A stretch of 63,522 bases of DNA, counting the filler. It is 6 parts of 6 records of this genome, joined end to end, with 100 filler letters (N's around TTAATTAATTAA, not from the genome) between each part and the next. Parts side by side here need not be neighbours in the genome. Positions count along the whole stretch, not along the records: positions 14,961 to 30,038 come from SRR20825010_2961; 5 more parts are not named here. One strand, written 5' to 3'. How positions within the stretch are numbered: position 1 is the stretch's first letter; the number at the start of each line of letters is the position of its first letter. Below are positions 19,775 to 29,248 of this stretch, piece after piece. The translations under genes and the position numbers were made by a program. Below the pieces are notes generated by a model. That model searched no databases, was not told the origin of the DNA, and saw only the letters and a program-made list of their open reading frames with translations.

Positions 19775-22311
19775 CCGTAGGTCTCGCTCAGCTTCTGGCC
19801 GAGGATGTGCTTGTGCTTGTGCTCGAAGGTGAGAAATTCGCTCAGCGTCGTCGAACTCTCGCGCGGCCAGAGCAGCTGCAGGCGACGGAGTTTCGTCGGC
19901 ACCCTGATCCCCGCCGCTTCCGCGCGCACGATGATGTCGGAAATATCGTCCCAGGTTTTCTGCATTTCATGGGCTGCCGCAAACTCGATGATCGCGGCCT
20001 TCTTCTTCTCGTCGGTCGGGGTGTTCAACGAGGCGTTGTCGAGCTCGACCTGCGCCATCTTGCGCATGTTGACCGCGTTGGGCAGCAGCCAGGGTTCGAT
20101 GTTCTGCATGTTTTCGGCAACGCTTCCGACCAGCTTCTCATCGAAATTGCGCATGTCGAAATTGCAGCCGGATTCGGTCAGCAGACCGCGCAGGAACTCC
20201 ATCAGTTTCTTGGAATCGTTGGGCAGCAGATCCGGATAGGTCTTGTAGATATCGGCGGCGATCCTGCTTCGGTAGTAGGCATTGCGGCCAAAGCGGGCGA
20301 GCAGGGATTCGTAGTGCTGACCGGCCACCTTGTCCCGCGCCAGATCGGATTCGGTCAGGGTCGCGATCAGGTTTTCCAGCATTTCCTCGCTCGCGCCCTG
20401 CGGCTGCCAGCGGCCGCCGGCGGTAACGCCCGGGGTTGGACGCCTGGCGGATTCACCGAGCGCGCCATGGAATGCATCGAAGACCTCACCGGCGTGCCGA
20501 AGCTCCCCGGACAATTGCTTGAGCATGCCGCGCTCGATCGGCCTGGAAACGCCGTTGGGCTCGCACAGCGCCTCGAACAGCCCGGGTTCGCTGAAGGACA
20601 GCCATTCCCGGAATTCCTCGTCGCTGAGGCGGTCATCGATCAGATTGACCAGTTCCGCCAGTGCCGGCAGGTCGTCGCCCGCCGGGCTGAGATTGTTGAT
20701 CCGGTAGATGCAGGTCTCGAGAACCGGGGTTCTCGCCAGCCGCATGATCAGGAATGCCGCGACGATCTGGTCTTCCAGCTGCGGCAGGGCGACGAAGGCC
20801 TCGTCGCGCCCCAGCAGGCTCAGAGCCCTGACGAGGATGTTGCCGTCCCGCGCAACCCGGAAATCATCCTGGCCCGCCCAGAAATTCGGATTGATGGCAT
20901 CCGCCAGCAGCCACGGCGCCGGATCGCGGGTGAACGCATCCCAGGCAAAGGCGTCCTCGGCGCTGCCCATTCCGTAAGAGATGGCCGAGTGGACCTTCAG
21001 CGGCGTGAAGTCGAACGGCGTGTAAGGCGCTCCAACCCAGTCATGCTTCTTGCTCAGCGACGCCGGCAGCGATTCGAAATCGTGCGGTTCGGCCAGGGAC
21101 GAGCGCTTGGCAGGCCGGTGCGCGTCGATTTCGGCAATCTTCTTGTGGCTGGTGGTGTAGACGCCGCGCAAGAGCTGCAGGCCGGTCGTGTTGGCCTTGA
21201 AGGCGATGATGCTGTCGGAACTCAGATGCTGCCCGGCGCGCAGCTTGCGGCCCATGGTATCGTAGAACACCAGGTGGTCTCCAGCCGAAATCTCGTAGAC
21301 GGAGAGCTTGACCTTCTCCCCGTTCTCATCGGGGAGCACGTCGACGAAATAGTCAGGCGAGGAAAGCTCAAACCAGCGGTGCTCCTGGGTGAGGATCTCG
21401 ATGAGGTTCTGCCCGGCATCCCCGACCTCGGCCTCGTCCCAGTCTCCGGTGCTGGAGAGCAGCTGACGATAGGCATCGACCAGATTGTCGCTGATCGACT
21501 GGAAGGTGCCCGGATCGATATCGATGATATCGCTCCATTCGTTGGCGCGCTGGCGATGTGCCGAGACGTGAAGGAAATACAGGCCCTGCAGCAGGGGGCG
21601 GCTGCCCTCAATGGTCAGCACGGCGTTCTGCACCCGGTCGTTTTCGACCGACGCCCGGGTAATGGCGGTCGCGTTGTCATCCCTTCCGACGAGCTCGGCT
21701 TCGGTGATGTCGTAGCCCACCGGGAAGATCTGCAGGGCGTCCTCGAGATGCGGGATCTCGAGCCGGAAGCTGGAGACGGCGACCACGTTGCCCATGCCAT
21801 CGCCCTCGTGGGCACCCTCATGGACTGGCCAGGATGTGAAGTATCCCGCCCAGCCGATGTGGGCATTGGGCTTCTTGACGTGATGAATGCGCTTGTCGGA
21901 CCAGACGAAGCGGGCGTCCGGGTTGTCGCCGGGCTCTTCGGGAAGCGCGATGACGACATTGCCATAGCGGGCATTGGGGACGAGGCCGTCTGTCTCGCGC
22001 GCCAGCTCGAAGGCCTTGAGCGGCCTTGCCGTCTGCGCGTCGTCAATCAGCAATTCGACCGAGTGGGTGCCGCGCGGCAGCCGAAGCGTCCTGAGGAAGC
22101 TTTCCCCGGGACCGATCGAGAAAACGTCAACGACTATGCCCGAGCGATTGCCTTCCCGGAAGGCGTGCGGCTTGAGATGGCACAGAACGATCGCACCCTT
22201 GCGGTGCTTGACCAGCTCCTCGCCTTTCGACGAAAAATATCCCAGAACCGCCTGGTCCTCGCCATCCCAGGCCAGCCAGACATTCTCGCAACCCCCACCC
22301 CGATAACCCAT
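19750..22311 (-). CDS. 853-aa hypothetical soluble protein
   Basis: Long ORF with normal globular composition; RBS AGGAAAG before ATG 22311; no motif recognised. Confidence 0.8.
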   Translation of the reverse strand: MGYRGGGCENVWLAWDGEDQAVLGYFSSKGEELVKHRKGAIVLCHLKPHAFREGNRSGIVVDVFSIGPGESFLRTLRLPRGTHSVELLIDDAQTARPLKAFELARETDGLVPNARYGNVVIALPEEPGDNPDARFVWSDKRIHHVKKPNAHIGWAGYFTSWPVHEGAHEGDGMGNVVAVSSFRLEIPHLEDALQIFPVGYDITEAELVGRDDNATAITRASVENDRVQNAVLTIEGSRPLLQGLYFLHVSAHRQRANEWSDIIDIDPGTFQSISDNLVDAYRQLLSSTGDWDEAEVGDAGQNLIEILTQEHRWFELSSPDYFVDVLPDENGEKVKLSVYEISAGDHLVFYDTMGRKLRAGQHLSSDSIIAFKANTTGLQLLRGVYTTSHKKIAEIDAHRPAKRSSLAEPHDFESLPASLSKKHDWVGAPYTPFDFTPLKVHSAISYGMGSAEDAFAWDAFTRDPAPWLLADAINPNFWAGQDDFRVARDGNILVRALSLLGRDEAFVALPQLEDQIVAAFLIMRLARTPVLETCIYRINNLSPAGDDLPALAELVNLIDDRLSDEEFREWLSFSEPGLFEALCEPNGVSRPIERGMLKQLSGELRHAGEVFDAFHGALGESARRPTPGVTAGGRWQPQGASEEMLENLIATLTESDLARDKVAGQHYESLLARFGRNAYYRSRIAADIYKTYPDLLPNDSKKLMEFLRGLLTESGCNFDMRNFDEKLVGSVAENMQNIEPWLLPNAVNMRKMAQVELDNASLNTPTDEKKKAAIIEFAAAHEMQKTWDDISDIIVRAEAAGIRVPTKLRRLQLLWPRESSTTLSEFLTFEHKHKHILGQKLSETYGYDSVLYA

Positions 22312-22390
22312 TCGACTCTTTCCTGTACTATTCAAATGGTTTATTGCTTTCTGGAACTTACAATGAAATTCAGCAAAAGGGAAAGCTGAA

Positions 22391-23419
22391 TTGGCTGTTA
22401 ATGATAACGACGAGATACATGTCGGCCTCACCGGACCGGTGAGATCAGGAAAGACGAACTTGTTCGTCGACTTCGCAAAATGCGTCGAGTTGAACTTTCA
22501 CGGATTCCGGCAGCTGCACAACATCAAGATCGAAACCGACAGGGTAAACCGCAAACTACTTAGAAGTTACTATCGGAACCTGCCGGAAGCGACCGAAGGT
22601 GTCACCGACATCAGGTTTGATCTTGAACTGGATCTGCCGCCTGGCGACGGACTTCAGTCCGCCGGCACGCTTGATCACAGGCAATTCACCATCCACGTGC
22701 GGGACGCGCCGGGCGAAGCCGCCTTTCCAAGCAGCGAGATTTCGGGCAAGGCCAATCCGCACGCGGAAAAGGCCAAGGAGCTCGACGAATGGTTCTCCAA
22801 GGCCAAGGGGATTGTGCTGGTGATATCCGCCCTGAATGCCGGCACGGACAAGGGCTTCGAGGCGCTCATCGACAAGGTGGAAGATTTTTTCGAGCGGGCC
22901 GGAAAGCCGGAGTTCCAGAATCTCGAACGCGTGGCGATCGCCATCAGCATGTTCGACCTCTTGCTGCTGCGCTTTGGCAACCGGTCGCGGGATATCGCCA
23001 CAGAGCCCGAAGCGGTGCTTGCGATCCTGCATGCCCACATGCGGCCGGCCTTTGACATCATCAAGGATTTCAGGCCGTTTCCGTCCCAGGAGCGGGATAT
23101 CGACCTGCGCTTCATCGCCACGTCGAGCTACGGCTTCCACCCGCAACTGGGCTGCGCCAACATCGACGCGAACGCCGAGATACTGGATCCGGGCAATTCC
23201 CGGTTCCCGGTTCCGCTGACGCCGGACAATGTGCGCTATCCCTACATGACCGCCGACCCGTTCATCTTTGCCGCGCTGGGGCTCGACAGTCCGTTCCTGT
23301 TCACGCGTGACGAGATCCTCAGCGGGATCCTGAAGGAACGGGAACCGGTGGCCGCGGCCGAGCCCGCTGCCAGTCCCGCGTCGCCGGCGGCTGAAAACGC
23401 CGACAGCACCCAGGTCTGA
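22391..23419 (+). CDS. TRAFAC-class P-loop GTPase (double-GTPase/conflict-system-like)
   Basis: G1 GLTGPVRSGKT, G2 EATEG, G3 DAPGE, G4-like ISMFD, G5-like SSYG; TTG start after AAAGGGAAAG. Confidence 0.8.
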   Translation: MAVNDNDEIHVGLTGPVRSGKTNLFVDFAKCVELNFHGFRQLHNIKIETDRVNRKLLRSYYRNLPEATEGVTDIRFDLELDLPPGDGLQSAGTLDHRQFTIHVRDAPGEAAFPSSEISGKANPHAEKAKELDEWFSKAKGIVLVISALNAGTDKGFEALIDKVEDFFERAGKPEFQNLERVAIAISMFDLLLLRFGNRSRDIATEPEAVLAILHAHMRPAFDIIKDFRPFPSQERDIDLRFIATSSYGFHPQLGCANIDANAEILDPGNSRFPVPLTPDNVRYPYMTADPFIFAALGLDSPFLFTRDEILSGILKEREPVAAAEPAASPASPAAENADSTQV

Positions 23420-23580
23420 TACCGGTCTGACTGATCTCGGGCCGCCTGATTTCCGGGCAGTGACTGGCCAGGATATCAGCGCCGGGTCTTGCCGTGCCGT
23501 GAAATGCCGACCGCGTCCGGTGAAATCCGACCGGACGCCGCGCTTGTGTTGCCGGTTGCCGCGCCCCGAGGCGCGATGTC

Positions 23581-25815
23581 TCAGATCTCGCGCCTGAAAT
23601 TCGGCCTGACCACCACGGGACGACGGCGGCGCGGGCGCTGCGCCGCGTTCGCATCGGCCTGATCGAACGCCTCGGACCCCGAAGCTGCCACTCCCGGCTG
23701 GGCCGCGATCGTCTTTCCGGCCGGCCTGTCTTCGCCGCCGATCCGGACCGCGGCCTCGCCCGGCACGGCCACGACCTCGAGACTGTCAGCAGCGGCGGCG
23801 GCATCGACGACGGCGGTTTCGGGTTCAGGCCTTGCATTCCTGTTTTCGACGGCTTCAGTGTGCTTTCGGATCCGGCGCCCGACTTCCGCCAGGCCCTGTT
23901 CCGATATCAGGATTCCACGGCTGGTTTTCCTGGCCAGCTGCTTGCGGAACAGGTTGTCGACGATCAGCCGCATCTGGCTGCGCATCTCGTGGGAATAGTC
24001 CTCGTCAAACAGCAGCGGCAACAGATAGCCCTGCTTGTCGAACACGGCATTGAGGATCACGTTCTTGGCCGCGAGCACGGAATCCGGATCGTCGGGCTTG
24101 GCGTCGAGGTCCAGATCGGCCGTGTCAAAATCATCCTTGCGGCGCGAAGCCTTGGCCACGACATTGGCATCCCAGAACAGTTTTGCCAGCAGCAGCGACA
24201 GTTCCTGCAGCAGCGCCAGCAAGGCCGGGAAGTAATCGCGGGCCGAGGCCGTTCCGTTGAACAGCGCCTCGACCTTGCCGATGGCCTTGCTGATCGCGTC
24301 CTGCGAGGGATTGATGCGATCGTAGAGACTGGCGAGATCCTCGCGGTACGGGCCACCCTCGAGGCCCCGCTGCTCGGCGGCTACCAGGCAGGTCTCAAGC
24401 ACCTCCGCCCGCATCTGGTCATAGGCCCGGGTGATCGGCTTGAGCCGCTCGGGGCCGGACACATCCAGCATTTCCGTCCGCAGGTTGTCGATGATCTGCT
24501 TGCGGCGGTCGGTTTCATCGCAGGCCTGGCCAAAGGCGATCTGATCGGCGTCGAGCGTTTCGATCTGCCGGAATACGGCCATCAGCGGCTGCGGCTCGCA
24601 GGCGGGAAGATCGGAAACGGACTTGAGATCGGACAAGACCTCGGTGACCACCTGGCAGTAGCTCGCGGTCTGCTCGAAGCTGGTCTGGGATGGCGTGTCG
24701 ATGAACGCATTGACGCTTTGCAGGAAACCGTCGGCATCGAGCGTGTAACCCGATGCAACATCCTGGTTGAGCTGGGTCGTGGCGGACTCCAGCTCGGCCG
24801 TGATCTTGACCAGATCCGACTGCAGCGTGGCCTGCTGCTGAGTTGCGTTCAGCAGCTGGCTGCGCGTGGATTTGTATTCCTTGTCCGCATCCGCAAGCTC
24901 GGCCTGCGTTTCGGCAAGCTTCTCTCCCAGGGCCCTGTAGCAGGTCCCGGCAAGCCCGCCGCCGGTCCCGGCACGGCGCCGGCGATTGCAGGCCGGGTCG
25001 CTCACCAGTTGAGCGGCAAGCCCGTCGGCCAGAAGAACGGCCTTGTCGTCCGGCGCCACACCGGGTTCGCCTTCCTCTTCCTTCAGCGCGGTTTCGAGCT
25101 TGCCGACCAGGTCGGCGGTGGCGGCGACGCGGCCCTGCCTTGCGGCGGCCTGCTGTTCGAGATTGCCGATCTGGGCGGCAAGTTTGGTGAGATCCCGCTC
25201 GACTTCGCTCTGCCGGGTTGTCAGCTGGGCCTGGCGGTTGCGCAGCTCTACCTTCTTGGCCTCGATCAGCGTCTGCAGTTCGGAGGCGATTTCCTTCTTC
25301 TTGTCGCGGTCGCGCAGCTCATCGGTCAGCGCTCCCATTCTGGCCGAGTAGTCCTTCAGCGCCTCGTCGCCCAGCAATGCGGTCCTCTTGTCGGAATACC
25401 GGTCGTTCATTTCCTGGCTGATTTCATGGGCGTAGAGCCCCATCTGCCGCAAATTGGTCTCGGCATTGGCAAGGTCGGAGCCGCCAACGCTGAGGAACTG
25501 CTGATGGTAGGAGGCGAAGGAGGAAATCCAGCAGATCGCCACGGCGACGAGATAGAACGGTATCACCAGGGCAATCTGCGTCAGCCGGTTGGACGATATG
25601 CCGTCGCCGAGAACAAGCGAGGTGAAGGCCAGGAAGCCGACAGCAAGCGCGGTAATGCCGACCCAGGCATAGGTCTCGGTCATAAATATCCGCGCGCCGC
25701 CACTGGTCGCGTAAGCAGTCATGAAGAAGGCTACCGCGGCGAAGACAATAATGAACGCCTGCTTCAGCCGTGTCGTACTTAGGACGGCATTTCCGTCATT
25801 GTGCTTCTTGTCCAT
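23581..25815 (-). CDS. Membrane-anchored long coiled-coil protein (DUF4407-like)
   Basis: Three N-terminal TMs, heptad coiled coils flanking a GTGGGLAGTCY loop, a further TM (YFPALLALLQELSLLL), C-terminal tail. Confidence 0.75.
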   Translation of the reverse strand: MDKKHNDGNAVLSTTRLKQAFIIVFAAVAFFMTAYATSGGARIFMTETYAWVGITALAVGFLAFTSLVLGDGISSNRLTQIALVIPFYLVAVAICWISSFASYHQQFLSVGGSDLANAETNLRQMGLYAHEISQEMNDRYSDKRTALLGDEALKDYSARMGALTDELRDRDKKKEIASELQTLIEAKKVELRNRQAQLTTRQSEVERDLTKLAAQIGNLEQQAAARQGRVAATADLVGKLETALKEEEGEPGVAPDDKAVLLADGLAAQLVSDPACNRRRRAGTGGGLAGTCYRALGEKLAETQAELADADKEYKSTRSQLLNATQQQATLQSDLVKITAELESATTQLNQDVASGYTLDADGFLQSVNAFIDTPSQTSFEQTASYCQVVTEVLSDLKSVSDLPACEPQPLMAVFRQIETLDADQIAFGQACDETDRRKQIIDNLRTEMLDVSGPERLKPITRAYDQMRAEVLETCLVAAEQRGLEGGPYREDLASLYDRINPSQDAISKAIGKVEALFNGTASARDYFPALLALLQELSLLLAKLFWDANVVAKASRRKDDFDTADLDLDAKPDDPDSVLAAKNVILNAVFDKQGYLLPLLFDEDYSHEMRSQMRLIVDNLFRKQLARKTSRGILISEQGLAEVGRRIRKHTEAVENRNARPEPETAVVDAAAAADSLEVVAVPGEAAVRIGGEDRPAGKTIAAQPGVAASGSEAFDQADANAAQRPRRRRPVVVRPNFRREI

Positions 25816-25852
25816 CTCAACGCCTGCTCCCTTGACTCAAACACTAACGGCA

Positions 25853-28800
25853 TCAACCCCGGCGTCGTGGCGGTATACGAATTGTTAACACGGGTGCTTT
25901 CATTCCTGCAAGGCGAGTTGCCACGAGAAGCACCAGCGACGCCGGGATTGCCATGAAAAGATGATGACTTGTACCTGCCGACAGCCAGGTCATCGGCTGC
26001 CCCATCACGGGCAACAGCCCGAATGCGTTCGACCACGCCAGGATCCACTGCATCAGGAACAGCATGCCCGCGCCGAGCGCGATGCACGCCAGCGCCTGGT
26101 CCGCGCCGGTCTCGACCGGATCCCGCGACCGCTTGGCCTGGAGTTTCAGATAGAGACCGATGACGAAGAAGATGAAGCAGGCCTGAAGCGCGACCAGCAG
26201 CGTGGCGGCGGCATTGCCATGGCGGGTTGCGATATAGGTCGCGGCAAAATCGCTCTGGACCACAGGCACGCAATGCGGCCTGACCGGCCCCTTCAGGGTC
26301 GAGGGCGTGCACCGAAGCGTTTCGGCCTGGTGCGCCTCATCGGGGCAGGAAATCCCCAGACCCCTGGAAATTCCGTCGCCAAGCCATCCGACCGCGGTGC
26401 CGATGTTGTAGGGCGCCGCGGTCAGTTCGGTGCTCAGTCCGCATGGTGCGTTGGCGAGCGTTGCGCGCGAGCGCAGGACGTGGAAGTTCATGTCCCTGAG
26501 GAGGAGTTGGCGTGGCTCCTCGTAACCGCCGGTGCGGCCAAAGCGCAGATCGGCCCAGCTCATCAGCCGTTCCACCGGCAGCCGGCGTCCTTCGCCCAGC
26601 ACCTTTTCCAGTTCGGTGATCTGCTTGTCGGGCCCGTCGAACCAGGACCAGTCCTGCACCCCGAGCCCGGCCTTCGCCGGCACGTCCCTGAGCGCCACCG
26701 CCATGACCAGGGCGATGAGCGGCGCGGCAATGGCCACGCGCGCCAGCGTCCAGTTCACGCGGTTACGCATCGCAACGGCGAATGCGATGATGCCGAGACA
26801 TGCCACGGCGATTGCCAGGATCACCATCTCGTTGCGCATGAGCGCCCAGGTGCCCATCAGCGCCAGCGGCAGGCCGAGCAGCAGGATGAACACGGCACGG
26901 GGGACGGCCAATGTCCTGACAAGCAGGACAAGGACCAGCATCAGGGCCACACCTGCCGCAATCGTATACTCGACCTTCCCCATCACCAGATCGATGATCA
27001 TCCGGGCCTGATCGGTTGAAACCAGCGGCGCGAGAATGATGGCCGCAAACAGCAGCAGCAGCAGCAGGAACTGGCTTGAACTCAGGCGGAAATCCTGGAT
27101 GGAGGGGACATAGGACAGCGGAATCCGCCTGATGTCCCTCAGGTCGTCGAACTCTTCTTCCCTGATCCGCCATCCGATCGCCATCACGCCGACGACCGCG
27201 GTGATCCCGGTCGCCGAGGTGATGATGATCAGCGGCGAGTAATCGGACTTCACGGCCGGCACGAACAGCAGCGCCGTGATGAACAGGACCGATAGAACAA
27301 CCCCGATCAGCGTTATCCCGAACCAGGCCTGCGCGAGCAGGCGGGCGCGGATCAGCCATTGCGCCAGCATCGCCCCCAGAAGCACGACGATGGCGAATTT
27401 TCCCGCCTCGACCGGCTGGATCGAGCCGCCCAGACCTGTCTGGTTGCCAAGGAAGAACCAGGCCGCGAACAGTGCGAACACGATGGCGAGCAGCCACATG
27501 GTGGGAGAAAAGAAGGACGGACGGCCGGCAAAATCATTACCGATCCTGAGCTTCAGCGCCGTCGGGGAAACGATGGTCAGCGCCATGACGAACAGCGGCA
27601 GGATGTCGAGCACGACAAGCTTGTGCTTGATGAAGAAGCGTTCCCAGTCGGTGTTGGGTCCTTCCGCGCTGAGACTGAACATGGAAACCGAGCTCAAGGC
27701 GATGATGGCGGTCAGGACAAGCCAGAAGACGGAGAGGCTGGCGCCGCCGGAGCGGTCAAGCGTGACGACGATCGTCGCGCAAACCCACAGGGCGCCCATG
27801 GCGTAAAACAGCCATCGCGATGCATCCGGGATGTCGGTGACCAGCCTGCCGATCGCCACCAGATCGGGAAGCAACGCGAGGGTCAGAACGAAACCGCCGG
27901 CGAGAACCAGGAACGCCGCCCGCACGATGCTGCCGTTGGACCGCCAGATCGTGGCGCCGGGAACCGCCAGCACGATCAGCAGGGACAGGCAGATCGCGGC
28001 TCCCCTGGCCAGTATCTCGGCGCTGACAAGGCCCTCCGGGCTGGTCACGAACAACCGGTCGAGCGTCGAGGGCAGCTGCAGCTTGGCAACCTCGATGCTC
28101 GCTCCGGCCGGCAGCGCATTGGGCGAACTGTCGAGCGGCGGCGGGCAATCTTCCGCCGAAGCGGTTTCCACATCGTTCTCGGTGGACTGGGTACAGACAC
28201 TCTCGTCAAACAGCGCCACCCGGCGATTGGGCTGAATGTGGATTTCCCAGCCACCCTGCTGCAGGGGCGCCGCCTCAATGGCATAGCGCGTCTTGCCGGC
28301 GGTGAAATGCGTGACCGGCGGATAGTCAAGCGGTGCGGTCGCGGCAACCGGCACCTCGATGCCGGTCCGGCCGTAGTTCTGGCGGATCCGCTTGCCGTCG
28401 AGCCAGGTCTCGAAGCTGACCGGGACCAGCTGGGCGTCGCGGTAGATCGACACGAACAGGCGGTCGTCCGAAAGGTTCTTGCGGACGATGAATTCCAGCT
28501 CGGGATTGGCGCGCGGCATGGCCACTAATGCGTAGCTGTGCATCGTGCAATCGACTTCGCCGCCCAGCACGGCAATCGTTGCCCTGCCTTTTCTGCGCAG
28601 CAGATCGCTGAGCCCGAGCGGCTCCAGAAGCCCTGATACCCTGCGGACGACATGATCGCTGAGCCTGTTGGCTTGCGAGACGACCCAGCTCGCGGTTCCC
28701 TGCTCGTAGCAGGCCCGGGCCGGCTCGCCGTTTACCAGGATCTCCGCGCCATCCCGGTACACCACCGCGGTCGAGGTGTTGCCCGCCCAGTCTTCGACGG

Positions 28801-29248
28801 CGAATTCGATCCCCTCGTCATCGGTCACTGCGATCTTGACGAATTGCGAGCCTGCAGAAAGCAGCGTGTAAGCGCCTTTTTCCCGGGAAATCTCGTAGCG
28901 CTCGCTCGAGCCCTCTTCGGTCTTGCCGCCGAATTCGACATTGAGATCGCGAAGTTCCGCCACCCGGCTGATCAGCAGCTGGCCGTTTTCAGATGCGCGC
29001 AGCCGGACATGCTGCAACTCGGCCGACCGTGCGCCGGCCGGCTGAAGCAGTTCGGCCCGCCCGAGCACGACTTCCCCGCCTCTCGGGATCGTCAGCTTCA
29101 GATCCTTGAGCGAACTGAAATGCGGCGCGTGCCCGGCGGCGGTCTGAAGGGCAAACATCCACCAGACGATCACCACCATTGTCGCAAGCCCCAGGGCGAG
29201 GCGCATCAGAATGGCGAAGACCGAAGTGATGGAGCGGACGAGTTTCAT
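25853..29248 (-). CDS. Giant SEDS (FtsW/RodA/SpoVE) peptidoglycan glycosyltransferase-like protein with N-terminal FHA-like and beta-rich domains
   Basis: IQPVEAGK (QPSEFAK-like), KSDYSP, ERLMSWAD, VPVVQSDF (PEAHTDF-like), GLLPVMGQPMTWLSAGTS; N-terminal LGR...S...H. Confidence 0.85.
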   Translation of the reverse strand: MKLVRSITSVFAILMRLALGLATMVVIVWWMFALQTAAGHAPHFSSLKDLKLTIPRGGEVVLGRAELLQPAGARSAELQHVRLRASENGQLLISRVAELRDLNVEFGGKTEEGSSERYEISREKGAYTLLSAGSQFVKIAVTDDEGIEFAVEDWAGNTSTAVVYRDGAEILVNGEPARACYEQGTASWVVSQANRLSDHVVRRVSGLLEPLGLSDLLRRKGRATIAVLGGEVDCTMHSYALVAMPRANPELEFIVRKNLSDDRLFVSIYRDAQLVPVSFETWLDGKRIRQNYGRTGIEVPVAATAPLDYPPVTHFTAGKTRYAIEAAPLQQGGWEIHIQPNRRVALFDESVCTQSTENDVETASAEDCPPPLDSSPNALPAGASIEVAKLQLPSTLDRLFVTSPEGLVSAEILARGAAICLSLLIVLAVPGATIWRSNGSIVRAAFLVLAGGFVLTLALLPDLVAIGRLVTDIPDASRWLFYAMGALWVCATIVVTLDRSGGASLSVFWLVLTAIIALSSVSMFSLSAEGPNTDWERFFIKHKLVVLDILPLFVMALTIVSPTALKLRIGNDFAGRPSFFSPTMWLLAIVFALFAAWFFLGNQTGLGGSIQPVEAGKFAIVVLLGAMLAQWLIRARLLAQAWFGITLIGVVLSVLFITALLFVPAVKSDYSPLIIITSATGITAVVGVMAIGWRIREEEFDDLRDIRRIPLSYVPSIQDFRLSSSQFLLLLLLFAAIILAPLVSTDQARMIIDLVMGKVEYTIAAGVALMLVLVLLVRTLAVPRAVFILLLGLPLALMGTWALMRNEMVILAIAVACLGIIAFAVAMRNRVNWTLARVAIAAPLIALVMAVALRDVPAKAGLGVQDWSWFDGPDKQITELEKVLGEGRRLPVERLMSWADLRFGRTGGYEEPRQLLLRDMNFHVLRSRATLANAPCGLSTELTAAPYNIGTAVGWLGDGISRGLGISCPDEAHQAETLRCTPSTLKGPVRPHCVPVVQSDFAATYIATRHGNAAATLLVALQACFIFFVIGLYLKLQAKRSRDPVETGADQALACIALGAGMLFLMQWILAWSNAFGLLPVMGQPMTWLSAGTSHHLFMAIPASLVLLVATRLAGMKAPVLTIRIPPRRRG

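Noticed and set aside
19807-22389. 860-aa plus-strand ORF
   Set aside because: Antisense shadow of the 853-aa gene; R/V/G/H/Q-rich composition typical of the reverse frame of high-GC genes; no motifs
23860-25782. 640-aa plus-strand ORF
   Set aside because: Antisense shadow of the coiled-coil gene
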